Assembly: GCA_038087875.1 (NCBI GenBank)
Contig: CM075990.1
Span: forward strand, 12,464,001 to 12,528,000
Source of the DNA: Malacoraja senta
Lineage: Eukaryota
DNA length: 64,000 bases
Reading direction: 5' to 3'
Position 1 is the first letter of the stretch, and each line of letters starts with the position of its first letter. The notes under the pieces are model-generated. The model made no database searches. It had not been told where the DNA came from and worked only from the letters and a program-made list of their open reading frames with translations. Made by a program: the position numbers and the translations under genes. Below are positions 1-13,512 of this stretch, in pieces.

Positions 1-2427
1 AGCTGTGGGGTGATAAATAATGTAAAGATCACAGTGGGAACTGCCCAGGTATAGGACACAAACAAATAATTAATTAAAAATATATATAATGTAAACATTT
101 CAAATATATATAATACTGAATATTCAAATCAACATTCTTCCAGCTACCAACCCCCCCCCCCCCCCAATCAGTCTGAAGAAGGATTCTGACCCGAAACGTA
201 ACCTATTCCTTTTCTCCAGTTAAGATCATAAATGACAGAACTCGGCCCATCAAGTCTACTCCGCCATTCAATTATGGCTGATCTATCTCCCTCCTAACCC
301 CATTCTCCTGCCTTCTCCCCCATAACCTCTGACACTCGACACCTCTGACAGAGCAACACTCCGATGCTGTCTGACCCGCTGAGTTACTCCAGCTTTTTGT
401 GTCTACTTTCATCACGTTGTGCTGTGTTAATTACTTAACACAGCACAACATTACGCTCATTTATATATAAAACGCTTGAGCGAGGAGTTCATGGGGTTTT
501 AACTCAGACTCCAGCTCCATGGTATGTAACGGTGGGAGGACCTTAAACATCGTATACAAATGTTTCCACTGTCAAAGATCCAGGCACAGCTGATTGTACA
601 TATATCTTCAATGTTGTCAGATAGATTTGGCAGCTGCTGTGTGTGACATTTTCACTTCAAAATATGAATCATTTAATTCACATATCATGTGACAGGTTTT
701 GCTCCTGGCTCTTATTGTGACTGTTAATTTAAGATGCTAGCTGCAGTTCACTGCTCCAGTTTAATCAGCAGAAATGTGAGTGGCCTGAGGAGTAGCATCA
801 CTAGGTGCATGTCTGTGTTACGATACGATAGAACTTCATTTTTCCCAGGAGGGAAATTGATCTACCTACAGTCATAAAACGCAAGATGCATGAAACAGAA
901 AATTAAAGTGACGAGTGGAAAGGATTGGGGATGTGCAAAGGTTTGGGGAGGTGGGGGGCGTAGTGGAAGGGGAGTCAGTCTACCCTGGTGAACTTTCAAA
1001 ATTCTCTCATCTGGAGGGCAGTGGAAGCTCAATCATTGATTTCTTCATAAGAAAGCATCAAAGGTTAGAGAGAGAAGGAGGAGAATGGGGTTGAGAGGGG
1101 AAAATGAGTCAGCCATGATCGAATGGCAGAGCTAACTCGATGGGCCGAAATCCTAAATTCTGCTCTTATGATCTTATGAATTTAATACAGGAATGTTTAA
1201 ATCTTTAGATATTAAAGATATCAAAGGATTTCCAGAGTAGAAAGGCCAAAGACTAGAGGGTGAGAGAGGCAAAGTTTGGAGGAGATGTACGAGGCAAGTC
1301 TTTTACACAGATTTGTGGATGTCTGGAACACACTGCCAGTGGTGGTGGTCGAGGCAGATACAAAATGGACATTTAAGGGTCTTTTAGATAAGCACATGGA
1401 TGTACCGGGAATGGAGGGATATGGATGGTGTGCAGGCAGAAGAGATTAATTTAGCTTGGCATCATGTTTGTCACAGACTTTGTGAGATGCTAACGGAATG
1501 AAGGGATATGTGGAGAAAGCAGGAACGGGGTACTGATTGTGGATGATCAGCCATGATCATATTGAATGGCGGTGCTGGCTCGAAGGGCCAAATGGCCTAC
1601 TCCTGCACCTATTGTCAATGTTTCTATGAGATGAAGGGCCTGTTCCTTTGCTGTGCTGTTCTTTATTCTGTTTACGGGAGAGATAGGGCAGGAAAATGGT
1701 ATTTGAGATAAATCAGCCACAATTATGCAAAATGGCAGAGCAGATTAAAGGGGTCAAATGATCAACTCTACCTATTATTTTCTTACATTCTTGTATAAGT
1801 ATCAAAGGTAGAACCATTGCTCACACCTGCCGACTGCAAGCAATGGGGATGGAAGTTATAATCTGTATTTGTTTATCTCGGTTTTGACTCTGGTTCCAAT
1901 CATGCACTGATAAATATGTTCGGAACACTTGGTGTGTTGCATGCTCTTACAATGCAGTCTGTTTCTTTAAATGAATGTAGTGAGTTGAGGAACGTGATAA
2001 ATGAAACCGTCTGTTCAATTTTATTTGCAAGTAACAGATTCTATGCTGATGCGAATTCCTGATCAGGGAAAAAATACTTTTTCATAGAATGATAGATATT
2101 CTGGGATTGAAGAAACCCTTTAAATACAAGCTGGATGGAAAAGATGAATCCAGCTAAATTGTCCTTCTCTGTTCTTGGCCCAACAAGGCACATATTATTC
2201 AAAATTGAAAGTCTGAAGAAGGGTCTCGACCCGAAACATCACCCATTCCTTCTCTCCAGAGATGCTGCCTGTCCCGCTGAGTTACTCCAGCTTTTTGTGT
2301 CTATCTTCACATTGTTCAAAACGGCGGTGTCTGTGTCCCACTTCTAGTCAGGCAGGGAATTCCAGATCCCACACCACTCTGCATAGAAAATATACCCCTG
2401 GATTAGCCTCTAACCCCTGCATCCTAA

Positions 2428-2663
2428 AGGGCCTGTCCCACTTGGCGATTTATTCGGCGACTGCCGGCATCATTGACTGACGTATCAGGTCACCAAAAAA
2501 TTTGCGGTGTGACACGGCGTGATGACGTATTGACGCGCGGTGTTTTTTCAGGTGTCGCAGCATTTTTTTTGTCACCGCTGGATTTTGAAACGTTCAAAAT
2601 CTTATAGCGACACTGATATGATGCCGGCAGTCGCCGAAAAAATCGGCAAGTGGGACAGGCCCT
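2428..2663. mobile_element. PIF/Harbinger-type MITE
   Basis: TIR AGGGCCTGTCCCACTTG...CAAGTGGGACAGGCCCT; TAA on both sides. Confidence 0.85.
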
Positions 2664-3243
2664 TAAATCTACTCGCTTGGGCATTCCCTCCCTCTCCATC
2701 CCTCCCACATGCTCGTCCTCTTACTAATTTCACCATTTGTATTCGATCCTTATCACCTCGTCCCCAGCCAACAATGGACCATTGTGGGCTCCACTTTTCC
2801 TGAGTCATCAATGGAGTGTCTGCTTTGTTCCGTACCTTCCCAGACCTCTAGTTACCCCTTCCCTGACCCAGTCTAATGAAGAGGCTCGACCCGAAACATC
2901 ACCTTTTCCTTTTCTCCGGAGACACGGCCTGTCCTGCTGAGGTACTCCAGCATTTTGTGTCTGTCTCCGGAGTAAACCAGCATCCTCAGTTCCTTCCTAC
3001 ACTACTTCATCTCGATGCAAAGAGGCCTTTCTTGGACTCTCTTTATTTTAAATACTTTCTATGAGACCACTCCTTCAGGTCCACCCTCATACCAAAGGAA
3101 ACGCAGACAGAGACAATCTCACCCACAACTCAAATTACACAGCCCTTGACACATCTCGAATTGCCCTCTCCACTCTCTCATAGTTACATCATTCTTGCAG
3201 TGTGGTGGGGAGAACTGTGCACAATGTTTCATCTGCAACCTTA

Positions 3244-3462
3244 AGGGCCTGTCCCACTATCACAACCTAATTCATGACCTCTGCCCTTCACTCATACTCG
3301 CAGCATGGTCGTCACGAGGTCGTAGGTAGGTCGTAGGTAGGTTGTGATGCTAGTCGTAGGTACTCGTGGCATCAAGTAGGTCGGGACGTTTTTCTAGCCT
3401 GATGAAAAATGTCCACGAGTAAAAAAGGTCGTGAATTCGGTCGTGAAAGTGGGACAGGCCAA
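3244..3462. mobile_element. PIF/Harbinger-type MITE
   Basis: Same TIR (last 2 nt of the right end diverged); TTA on both sides. Confidence 0.8.
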
Positions 3463-3682
3463 TTACTGCTAATTTAAACAGGTCTAACTTTTGGCCGAGG
3501 CACAGCGTACAAGTATCCCGCGCTCCAAATTGTAACCAATTCATTGACGTGTCCCACTAGCTTGAAGAATTGTGCATTCATTATCGCTGACATAACCGAG
3601 TCGATGTGTTTAGGAGTTATTTGTTTCATGTGATGCTGTTGAATGTGGCTCTGAAAGGTAAGATAGACTGTTAGATTGTTAA

Positions 3683-3777
3683 GGTAGACAAAAATGCCGG
3701 AGAAACTCAGCGGGTGCAGCAGCATCTATGGAGCGAAGGAAATAGGCAACTTTTCGGGCCGAAACCCTTCTTCAGAC
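3683..3777 (-). mobile_element. Penelope-like piece with 13-bp TSD
   Basis: Flanked by GTTAGATTGTTAA at 3670-3682 and 3778-3790. Confidence 0.7.
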
Positions 3778-4795
3778 GTTAGATTGTTAATCGTCTCAAC
3801 AACCACAGCTTCCTAGTTTAACATCACAAAAACAGCCATGGCACTCTACAGACCACAAATAATGTACCAGGCCGCTGAAAAAAATATTACTGCAGGTAAC
3901 GAAAGACTAAGTCAAGGGTTTGCTTTCTGAAGCATCTTTTTGGGGAAGTCAGAGGTAGAGAGAAGTCTCTTTCCATGTACAATGCCAGTGATCTCTTCAT
4001 AACCACTGTGTCACTGTACCTTATTTCACCACGTTATTGTACAAACGGGAGTTATGGTCCTATGTTGACCTAGATACCTCCAAGTGGGACCTGCTGAACC
4101 ACTGCCTCAGTGAAAAGCAGGAAGCTACAGACTTAAGAGAACAACAGGAAACGGAACAAGCAGCATCAGTGGAGAGAGATGCGTAGGAAAGAACTGCAGA
4201 TGCTGGTTTAAGCTGAAGATAGACACGAAAAGCTGGAGTTAACTCAACAGGACAGACAGCACCTCTGGAGAAAAGGAATGGGTGACATTTTGGGCCGAGA
4301 CCCTTCTTCAGACTGAGAGTCAGGGGCCCCGATGAGTTACTTCGACTTCTTGTGTCGATCTTCAGTGGACAGAGAAACAGCTTTAACATTTCATGTTGCT
4401 GAGCCTGCGGTAAAACAGCGCTTCACACTTGTTTGCCCAACTTAAATCATTATTTTCTCCAATCCTGTGCCAAGCTTCGAGTCAACAAGGTTAACTTCAG
4501 AGCTCTTGAGAGGGGATGGTTGATGAATGATAGGCTGACATAGTTAACCATCATCCTACCCACCGGCCCACTTCCACTTTACCCTGTGAGCATGTCCAGT
4601 GCCTGCTTCGTAGAAGGGAGAGGATGTGCACCGTGTATCTTTTGCTGTGCTCCTCAGCTGTGAATGGCACTGCCTCTCTAATGTATTGAATTGTATTGAA
4701 TTCTCTCTCAGTTCATGCTGACAAGACCAACATCTATTGCACAACCCCAGCTGACAATAGGTAGCTGTCGGCGACCCATTTCCATCCTTGTAAAC

Positions 4796-5010
4796 TAGGG
4801 GTTCCCAACCTTTTTCATCTCATTTATACCTGGCAACCTTAATAGCACATAACAATGTAATTTCACTTATTTATGACCAACTAATGATGAACAGATACCT
4901 GTATCCCAGAACCAAACACAGTCAGTCAATGATAAAAAATATGTACAAATCCAGAATCAACAAATTTACCCCCTGGGTAGGCGAAATTGACCCCAGGTTG
5001 GGAACCCTTG
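4796..5010. mobile_element. hAT (Charlie-like) MITE
   Basis: TIR TAGGGGTTCCCAACC/GGTTGGGAACCCTTG; 8-bp TSD TTGTAAAC/TTGTAAAT; second copy at 36049. Confidence 0.85.
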
Positions 5011-5731
5011 TTGTAAATGCTTGGTATAATTTAGAGGACAGCTAGGAATCAATTAACAGGTAACGTGCTGGAGGAACTCAGCAGGTTAGGCAGCTCCAGT
5101 GGAGGGAGCGGTCTGGACAACATTTTGGTTTGGGGCCCTATTTCAGACTGATAGGGGGGGAGTAGGGGAGGAGAAAGCTGGAAAAGAGAGGTGGAGTGAG
5201 AAAAAACCGGGCCTGTGATTGTTGATCTCCCCTGACTCTCACCCTGAAGAAGGGTCTTGACCCAAAACATCACCTATTCCTTTTCTCCAGAGATGCTGCC
5301 TGACCTGCTGAGTAACTCCTGCATTTTGTGTCAATCCTCAGCATCTGCTGTTCCTTCCTACGCAAGTGATAATTGGATACAGTTGGGGGTGGGGGGGGGG
5401 GGTATACTCACATATGAGTGGATATAGTTGTCACTGTAGTTGTCACGAGAGGTGAAAAGAAGACAAAAGGGTGTCAGGTAGGGAAAAGAGGCATGAAGTG
5501 TAAAGTCGAGAGGAGGGAAATGGGTGGAATGGGATGAGGAGGTGAAAGAGCGGATTAATGGGAAATTTGGGAGTTGGGGATGGGAGACGAGCGAACGAAG
5601 TAAGGGAAAAACGTAGGGTGATTGGGATGGTGGGAGAATTGTCTGCACACTGAGGTGGGTGAGGTGGTGAGGGGGGGGAGAGAGAGAGAGGTGGGGTATC
5701 TTGCTTATAATTAGAGATTTCAACATTCTTA

Positions 5732-6043
5732 TGGGCCTGTCCCACTGTACGAGCTAATTCAAGTACGAGTTTCCCCTGATTCGAACTCGGAGAATTACGG
5801 TAATAGCCGCTCGTAGGTACTCGGGGCTCTCGTGGACATTTTTCAACATGTTGAAAAATCTTCACGAGTCTTCCCGAGCTTACCGCGTTTCCCGAGTACC
5901 TGGCGTTAGCGTTACGAGCCGCTAAGAGACGTCCTGAGCTCCGACGTACCTGCTACGTACATTCTACGTGCTTACCACGAGTTTGATTTTTTTTTTTAAC
6001 TCGGGGGAGCTCTTGGGTGAACTCGTACAGTGGGACAGACCCA
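5732..6043. mobile_element. PIF/Harbinger-type MITE
   Basis: TGGGCCTGTCCCACTGTACGAG...CTCGTACAGTGGGACAGACCCA; flanks TTA/TAA. Confidence 0.85.
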
Positions 6044-7368
6044 TAACTGTTGGCATGAAAGTTACCTGTCAATGTGGTTGACCTTGGAATCAAGCTGAGG
6101 GCATGGAGCCTCAGGATGTCTGAGTAAAACTGGGAGATTTTCTTCCCTGAAATGTCTTGGTGAACCAAGTGTTCAGTACAATTTAGTGAGCACGGAAACT
6201 AGCAATTAAAAAATAATTCTGAACTCAAATTACCAAGCTGCCTTTGTGGCATTTGAACGTGTATTTGGATCTATGGTTAGATCTTGGCAGTATAATCAGC
6301 AAATGTTGCAATAGATGAACGTATCACCACATATCACACCATGCCTAGGGTTTATTTTCCGCTGCTACAATGATTCAATGATACATTATTGTCACATGTA
6401 CCTACGTACAGTGAAAGTCCTTTTTTTATTTGCACAAAGTTCAGTATAAAAAACTATATGAAGGCACAATCATACTTAATTACAAGAGTGTCAGAATAGT
6501 AGAATACACTGAGCCGGCACACAAGAGTCGCCACGTTTCTGGTGTCACTTTGCCTGATTCAGGGCCAAAGTTGTTAAAAATGTAGAGTCTCAACTAAGCC
6601 ATAAAGGCCTGTGGTCCTGGCTATTCCGGACAGAAAATAATATGAGACCCTAGGAGAAGACCCTCCACCTTTTCCAGCTTGCTCTGCCTTTCTTCAAGGC
6701 TGTGGTGGATCCTCTGGCTCAGCACCATGTCCCGGCATTATCTGTGGACATAACCAGCGCCCTTTATGTGGCCACTGTTTGCATACCTTGGGAATCCAAG
6801 CAAAGAATATCACTGTGACTTGTCACGTGTGGCAATAAAGTATAACATTCCATCCATTCCATTCCCTTGGTTCCTATAATATCCACAAATCCACTGAACT
6901 GTGGAGTGGAGTCTACGACTGTGCAACTGCAGTATTCCCAGAGTAGAGAATTCCAATGATTCAACACCTTTCGAATGCTGAAATTACCCCTGCTGATTGG
7001 CTTTAATTTAAGTTTTTGACCCCCGACTTCTAAACTGCTTTGCTCAGGAAAACATTCCAGCCTCATCTGTCCTATTAGGCCTGCTGGATATTCAGTGTGG
7101 TTCAGTGCGACCACCTCTCATTCTACCAACTTTAGAGCATAGAGGTCTTCTCAACTCTATCTCTCCTCGTGACAGACCTTCCATGTCAGAAACCATCCTG
7201 GTGAAACTTTGCTGCATTTCTTCTAACAATAAATTGAGATAATAATAATAATAATAATGATGGATTATTTGCCTCCATGAATTCTCATCAGACTGATCTC
7301 AAATCCACTCTTCTTGCAGCTGGACCCGTGAGTTCAAATTCTCCCCCTCTTTATATACCCTGCCAGAC

Positions 7369-7717
7369 TAATAATAATAATAATAATGGATGGGATTTAT
7401 ATAACGCCTTTCTAATACTCAAGGCGCTTTACATCGCATTATTCATTCACTCCTCAGTCACACTCGGTGGTGGTGAGCTACTTCTGTAGCCACAGCTGCC
7501 CTGGGGCAGACTGACGGAAGCGTGGCTGCTAATCTGCGCCTACGGCCCCTCCGACCACCACCAATCACTCACACACATTCACACACATTCACACGCAGGC
7601 AAAGGTGGGTGAAGTGTCTTGCCCAAGGACACAACGACAGTATGCACTCCAAGCGGGATTCGAACCGGCTACCTTCCGGTTGCCAGCCGAACACTTAGCC
7701 CATTGCGCCATCTGTCG
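7369..7717 (-). mobile_element. tRNA-derived SINE with CORE-like body and L2-type tail
   Basis: Minus strand reads A box TGGCGCAATGG, B box GGTTCGAATCC, GTGTCCTTGGGCAAGACACTT, then tail TGTAAAGCGCCTTGAG...ATATAAAT and (TTA)n. Confidence 0.8.
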
Positions 7718-8419
7718 TAATGATATGGAGACTAGAATCACACATTGCCCCACGGATAGTCTTATCTTATCATATTAAGCTATCCTTATTCTTCCAGGCA
7801 TCCTCTTGTAATAATGGTCAACAAACCATTTGCCTTCCTGACTGGCTGCCAAAACTGCATGTTAGCTTTCAATGGTGTGTACCTGCACGTGGACAGAAGG
7901 GTTCCTTTGATCATCGTCTTTCCCTGACCTCACACCATTTAAAATCAAATAACATTTCTGCTTTTTTTGTACCAAAGTGAGTAACCTCACATTTTTCCAC
8001 ATTCCGTTCCCTCCGCCATGTTGTTTTCCACTCGGTCAACTTGTCCATTTCACCTTGAAGTGTCCTTTGCATGCTCCTCACGACTTAAATTGCTACTTGG
8101 TTGTGTGTTATCGGCAAACTTGGATTGAGATAGGAGAGCATGTAAAGGTAATGGTTAGAGAATTAGCAATATGAAATCACTTTGTATTTGATGGGAAGGT
8201 AAGTATGGAGTTGGGATGCACTTCCGTTGACCGACCAACTCCATTGAATGGTGATCAATTGAAGTTGAACATCGGAAATTGAGAAGGCACCGAAATGTGT
8301 CGAAATATCAACACCGTTGTTGTTATAAGTTGGAGGATCTCGCAACCTTTCAAAGAAATATTTGTGATGGATTCTGCAATCGCGACCAATATCTTCATTT
8401 GCTGCTTTTTACCTGGCAG

Positions 8420-8569
8420 GTCATCATCACGGTGGAAGATGAGAATGACAATGGGCCAGTGTTTGACGCCGGCTCAGATTCCTCTGTGGAGGTGCAGGAG
8501 GATGCTCCCGTCGGGAAGCAGGTAGCCGTCGTCTCTGCACGGGATCTGGATGCTGAGAGGAACGGACAG
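8420..8569 (+). CDS. CDH23: Cadherin-23 internal exon (150 bp; probably equivalent to human exon 35)
   Basis: tttttacctggcag|GTC...GGACAG|gtagga. Encodes VIITVEDENDNGPVFDAGSDSSVEVQEDAPVGKQVAVVSARDLDAERNGQ with cadherin DxNDN and AxDxD motifs. Confidence 0.93.
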
Positions 8570-8681
8570 GTAGGAACAACTGATCTCCAGTTGCACGAAA
8601 GCCTTTTGCTCGGGATCTTATTGTTCACCACTTATTTGTTTTTGGGAGTTGCTGGGCCAACAAGCAGCTGCCAATTTAATT

Positions 8682-8927
8682 CGTAGCAAGGAACTGCAGA
8701 TGGTGGTTTCAACTGAAGATAGACACAAAATGCTGGAGTAATTCAGCGGGGCAGGCAGCATCTCTGGAGAGAAGGAATGGGTGATGTTTCGGGTCGAGAC
8801 CTATCTTCAGACCACACCTCACACGCCCTTCGTCTCTTCAATGACTTCCATTTTCCAGGCCCCCAGTCCCTCATCTTTACTAAGCAGTCTGAAGAAAGGT
8901 TGAGTTACTCCAGCATTTTGTGTCTAT
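8682..8927. mobile_element. Penelope-like fold-back with 13-bp TSD
   Basis: Flanked by TGCCAATTTAATT at 8669-8681 and 8928-8940. Confidence 0.7.
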
Positions 8928-9784
8928 TGCCAATTTAATTATGTTATGCTATTGCAAGTTAGACTTTCATCATTCCATCTGGGACATATGACAATTAAAC
9001 ACTTGACTAAAATTGATAGAGGGGCAGCAATTAGCAGTTTATTTTTGATGTTAAGATCCATCTAATTTACTTGTGTAACTAGACTGGCTGGCCAAGTGCT
9101 TTAAAAGCGTTTTAGATTATTGGATAAACCTTTGAACCACTCTGCAGGCTTGTGGATTCACCTGAAGGATACAACAGAGGATCAGTCATTAATAACATGG
9201 GAGACCTCATGTAGATGTCACTGAGTTGACATTATGTAGGGTGGCAAAGTAGCATCCATTCTCTGTGTCTATCTTCTAAACCAAATCATATCCGGTGAAA
9301 GTAGTACTTCCATTAAAAGCAAAGAGAACTTTGACGTTATTCCTGTGCTGAAACATAGAAGTAGAAATTTAAGAAGCATTTAGACAGGTACATGGGTAGT
9401 GCAGGTTTAGAGGGATATAGACCAAATGCAGGCTGGTGGGACTAGTGTAGATGGGACATGTTGGCTGGTGTGGGCAAGTTGGGCCGAAGGGGCTGTAAGA
9501 CTCTATGACTCCAGAAGTGCAGATGCTGGTTGACGAAGGGAAGACACAAAATGGTGGAGTAACTCAGCGAGTCTGGCAGCATCCCTGGAGAACATGGATA
9601 GGTGAAGCTTCGCGTCCAGACCCTTCAGGACCTGAAACATCACCTATCCATGTTCTCCAGAGATGCTTCCTGACCCGCTGAGTTACTCTGACATTTTGTG
9701 TCTCTCCTTATTCCCATGCTGTTGCTTTGATCCATTCTCTAATTCCGTCAGGTATAAATTGATTTGTCTTTGTGCAAACGTCAG

Positions 9785-9913
9785 GTTAATTTCACTATTC
9801 TGTCTGGAAATACCGACGGAGCATTTCGGATTAATACCACTAACAGAAGTCGTGGAGAGATCTACCTTGCTCAACAACTGGACAGAGAACAGACGGACAG
9901 ATACGTGTTAACG
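9785..9913 (+). CDS. CDH23: Cadherin-23 internal exon (129 bp)
   Basis: cag|GTT...ACG|gtaagt. Encodes VNFTILSGNTDGAFRINTTNRSRGEIYLAQQLDREQTDRYVLT (LDRE motif), in frame with its neighbours. Confidence 0.93.
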
Positions 9914-11181
9914 GTAAGTTCACTGGAGCTCCGTGTGTGGTGGTTTCGCTGGGCTGGGAAACCAGCAGCCGTCCTGTATTTATCCTTTGTCCGCTTAAGT
10001 ATGGCTTTGCAATTATTCTCAAACTCAGAGATTGAATCACAATGCACAGCAACAAGCTCTTTCTGTGTCTATTCACTCTATATGGTGCTATTTATTTGGG
10101 TGGCACAGCTGGAAGAGCTACTGCCTCACAGTGCCAGAGACCCAGGTTTATGGCCTTGCTTCAGGTCGAGACACTATGAAGACTGGGAGGGAAGAGGAAG
10201 GATTGCTTGTGTAAAACTGTGCAAGGGAGGGGCTGAGTTCTTCCAGCATTCTGTTTCAAGTTCCACTTCCCATCTTTTGCCACCATGAGATTTTATTCTG
10301 ATTTTCCAACCATTGTTTCCACCGTGAGGCCAATAAATGAAAAGTATAAACTTGACTTTATTGGTTTTAGTCTTTCTTTTGTGATGTGGGCCTGAGAGCA
10401 GTATTGTGAGCCGGAAATCATTTCATTTAATCAGAATGTCTGAGCCTCAAATAATTTCATTTGATCAGAAGAATAGCTCCATTTTTTCTGAACCCAGAGC
10501 ATGTCATTTAATCTGGCAGCAACAGTAACTCCTGACCTCTGCTTTCTGACAGTTTTCTCACCGATTTCCTTCCACAATGAAGTAATTTCAACGAAGCGCG
10601 TATGGTTATGAGCGGGGTTGACAGAGCGGAGGCTAAGAGGCTGTTTCCTCAGGTGGAGATTCCAAAACCAGGGCTTATTCTGTTAGCTTGAAGGGTTGGG
10701 TGCTTAAAACAAAGGAGAAATTTCTTCACTCAATGAGTTGTACAACTTTACAATTCTCAGCCCTCAAGGGTAAGTGGGGGGGTGTTGGAGTCATACAGCA
10801 TGAAATTAGATCGTTCAGCCCAACACTGCCCACGCCGACCAAGTTGCCCCATCTACACTATTCCCACCTGCCCGCATTTGGCCCATATTCCTCTCAACCT
10901 ATCCTATCCATGTACCTGTCCACATGTATTTTCGTACCTGTCTCATATACCTCCACTGGCAACTTGTTCCATATCCCCATCACCCTCTGTGCAAAAGGTT
11001 GCCTCTCAGGTTCCTATTAAATATTTCCCCTGAAGAAGGGTCCCGACCCGTAATGTCATCTATTCCTTTTTCTCCAAAGATGCTGCCCGACCCGCTGAGT
11101 TACTGGTAAATATGTCTGCACTAATTAGTGCAATGAACAAGATCCATTAACCTGCAAGAACTGATCTATTGTTTATTTCAG

Positions 11182-11310
11182 GTCCAGGCCTTTGACAATG
11201 GTTTGCCACCACGCACGACAAATCACATGGTCAACATTAAAGCTGTGGATGTCAATGACAATGTTCCGGAGATCATAAACCCTGGCAGCTACAACATCAG
11301 CATTTATGAG
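11182..11310 (+). CDS. CDH23: Cadherin-23 internal exon (129 bp)
   Basis: tttatttcag|GTC...GAG|gtaaag. Encodes VQAFDNGLPPRTTNHMVNIKAVDVNDNVPEIINPGSYNISIYE (AxDxG and DVNDN motifs). Confidence 0.93.
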
Positions 11311-11567
11311 GTAAAGTCACTGTTCTCTGACCAAACTACTGGAGATGAAACAACTTGTTCAGACTGTGTAGGAGGAAGCTGCAGATGCTGGTTTACACAA
11401 AATGCTGGAGTAACTCAGTGGGACAGGCAGCATCTCTGGAGAGAAGGAATGGGTGACGTTTCGGGTCGAGACAGGAGAGTCTCGACCCGAAACGTTTTTT
11501 CAAACGTTCATGATCAAATGCAAAAGCGCAGCCGGTTAGTTGATCCACACTTCACTGCAGAATTTAA

Positions 11568-11736
11568 AGGGCCTGTCCCACTTGGGCGTCATTTGCGCGT
11601 CACGCAGATGGCGCGCGAAGATATTGTACATCCCAAAATCCTGGGGCGCCGCGCCCGACCACGCATCACTGCCTCGGGACGAATAAATGATGTCGCGTAA
11701 ATTACGCGCAAATGACGACCAAATGGGACAGGCCCT
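11568..11736. mobile_element. PIF/Harbinger-type MITE (same subfamily as 30817-30997)
   Basis: Same TIR, TAA TSD; interior shares cccaaaatcctggggcgccgcgc with 30817-30997. Confidence 0.85.
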
Positions 11737-12692
11737 TAAGTCATTTTCATACTAACATGTACATCATTTGATCCCCAGTTTCCATTCTGAGTTTCACACC
11801 TCTCTGCTTTGGTTCAAACATTCACGGCTTATGTACATTTCAGATCAGCTTGCACATTTAACATTTCAGAGAAAGACATTTTTATCGCATACTTTTGCAG
11901 AATAAATATTTAAATTTGTCCTTTTCTTGTGCAATGCAAAAAAATTGAAGCATAAATTTAAATAGATGGTGTCTTTTTAAGTTTTCTTCTCCCAAAAGAG
12001 GGAATACAGGCAATGTTTTGAGGACTGGAACTCTTTCCATTTTCTATCCATGTCCACGTTTATCCGTCAGGATTATAAGTTGAATTTTGGATAAAGTGAG
12101 ACGATGGCTTCTGTGTGTTCTTGATGTTCCTTAACCCTGAACTTAACGATCTATTTTGGAGAGTGTTGCATTTCGATTTCCCAGTCCTACCCTGCCAATT
12201 GTTGTGACCACTATGTGGCCATTTTCTGGTAGCTTTGGTTTGTGGTTCTAACCCCACGTGCAAAGTTACACTGATATCTTGAGACTGAAATAGAGGATGA
12301 TATTTTTGTCGCTATTTCTATTGCAACCTACTCATCAGCATTGTAAAAGGTATTAGTGATCAAACAAAGAGCAAGTTAAAAAAATACCTACAGAACTCAA
12401 TGGCATCCAAGTGCAATGATTTTGAATTATTAAAGGGCATTTAAAGGAATTGAATTTTAATTTTCACTAATTTGCTTCATTATGAATCCTTGGAGTATCT
12501 TGTCTTCTCCAGTCACAACTCGTTTGCCTCATATTCCTCCACTGATCTCTGAGTAACTTAAGGTAATGCTGATGATATTTCTCCATTGCTAATTGTCACA
12601 GACAGAATCTTGCTACACTCCACTTAACAGCTTATGTGGAAGTACCTTCACCATGCTCACTGCAGCAGTTCAAAATATTTCACCGCCAATTT

Positions 12693-12919
12693 TTTGTACG
12701 TTCTCCCCACGACCTGCGTGGGTTTTCTACGAGATCTTCGGTTTCCTCCCACACTCCAAAGAAGTACAGGTTTGTAGGTCAATTGGCTTGGTGTAAAGGT
12801 AAAAAAGAATATCCCTCGTGTGTGTAGGATAGTGTTGAAGTGCGGGGACTGCTGGTCAGTGCGGACTCGGTGGGCCGAAGGGCCTGTTTCCGCGCTGTAT
12901 CTCTAAACTAAACTAAACT
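12693..12919 (+). mobile_element. HE1-like V-SINE, 5' truncated
   Basis: V-domain plus (CTAAA)n tail. Confidence 0.8.
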
Positions 12920-13054
12920 GGTTTTGCATCCAGAGAAGGATGTAACATCTTCACACCCCTTCAGCATTTGCTTCAAGTGTCAGTCCCATTAATAATCTCT
13001 AATCATACAACAATTATTGTACATTAATTGTATATCTGTCGCTCATTACTGATG

Positions 13055-13512
13055 GGAGACCGCTTTTCGGGGCTTCCGCAGCGGCGACTTCTCACGCCCG
13101 AGTTCTCACGCCCGGGGTTGAAGAGCACCTGGAGCGGGGCTTTAAATCGTCGCCCCGCGCGGCTTGGAATGACCGCCGGACTTTGCGAGCGCGCGCCGGG
13201 GTTCTAACACCAAGACCCGGTGCGCGACCTTGCATTACCTGGCGTGGCTTTAATGGCCGCGGGATAATCACCATCGCCCGCCGGGGGCTTTGACTTTGAC
13301 TCTGACATCGGGGGGGGGGGGGGAGTGCAGTGGAGAGATACGTTTTTTGGCCTTCCATCACAGCGCTGTGATGGATGTATGTGTAAATTGTGTTGTGTCT
13401 CGGGTCTTCTTCGTTTTGTAATGTATGGCTGCAGAAACGACATTTCGTTTGGACCTCAACGGGGTCCAAATGACAAATTTGTCCAAAAGACAAATAAATT
13501 GTATTGTATTGT
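13055..13512 (+). mobile_element. GC-rich non-autonomous non-LTR element
   Basis: 3' part (two hairpins, AATAAA, (TTGTA)n) recurs at 38660-38832. Confidence 0.6.

Noticed and set aside
1..8419. Upstream CDH23 exon or microexon
   Set aside because: No cadherin-coding exon was seen. Isolated donor-like sites (for example gtaagt near 8199) lack a matching acceptor; a microexon cannot be excluded.
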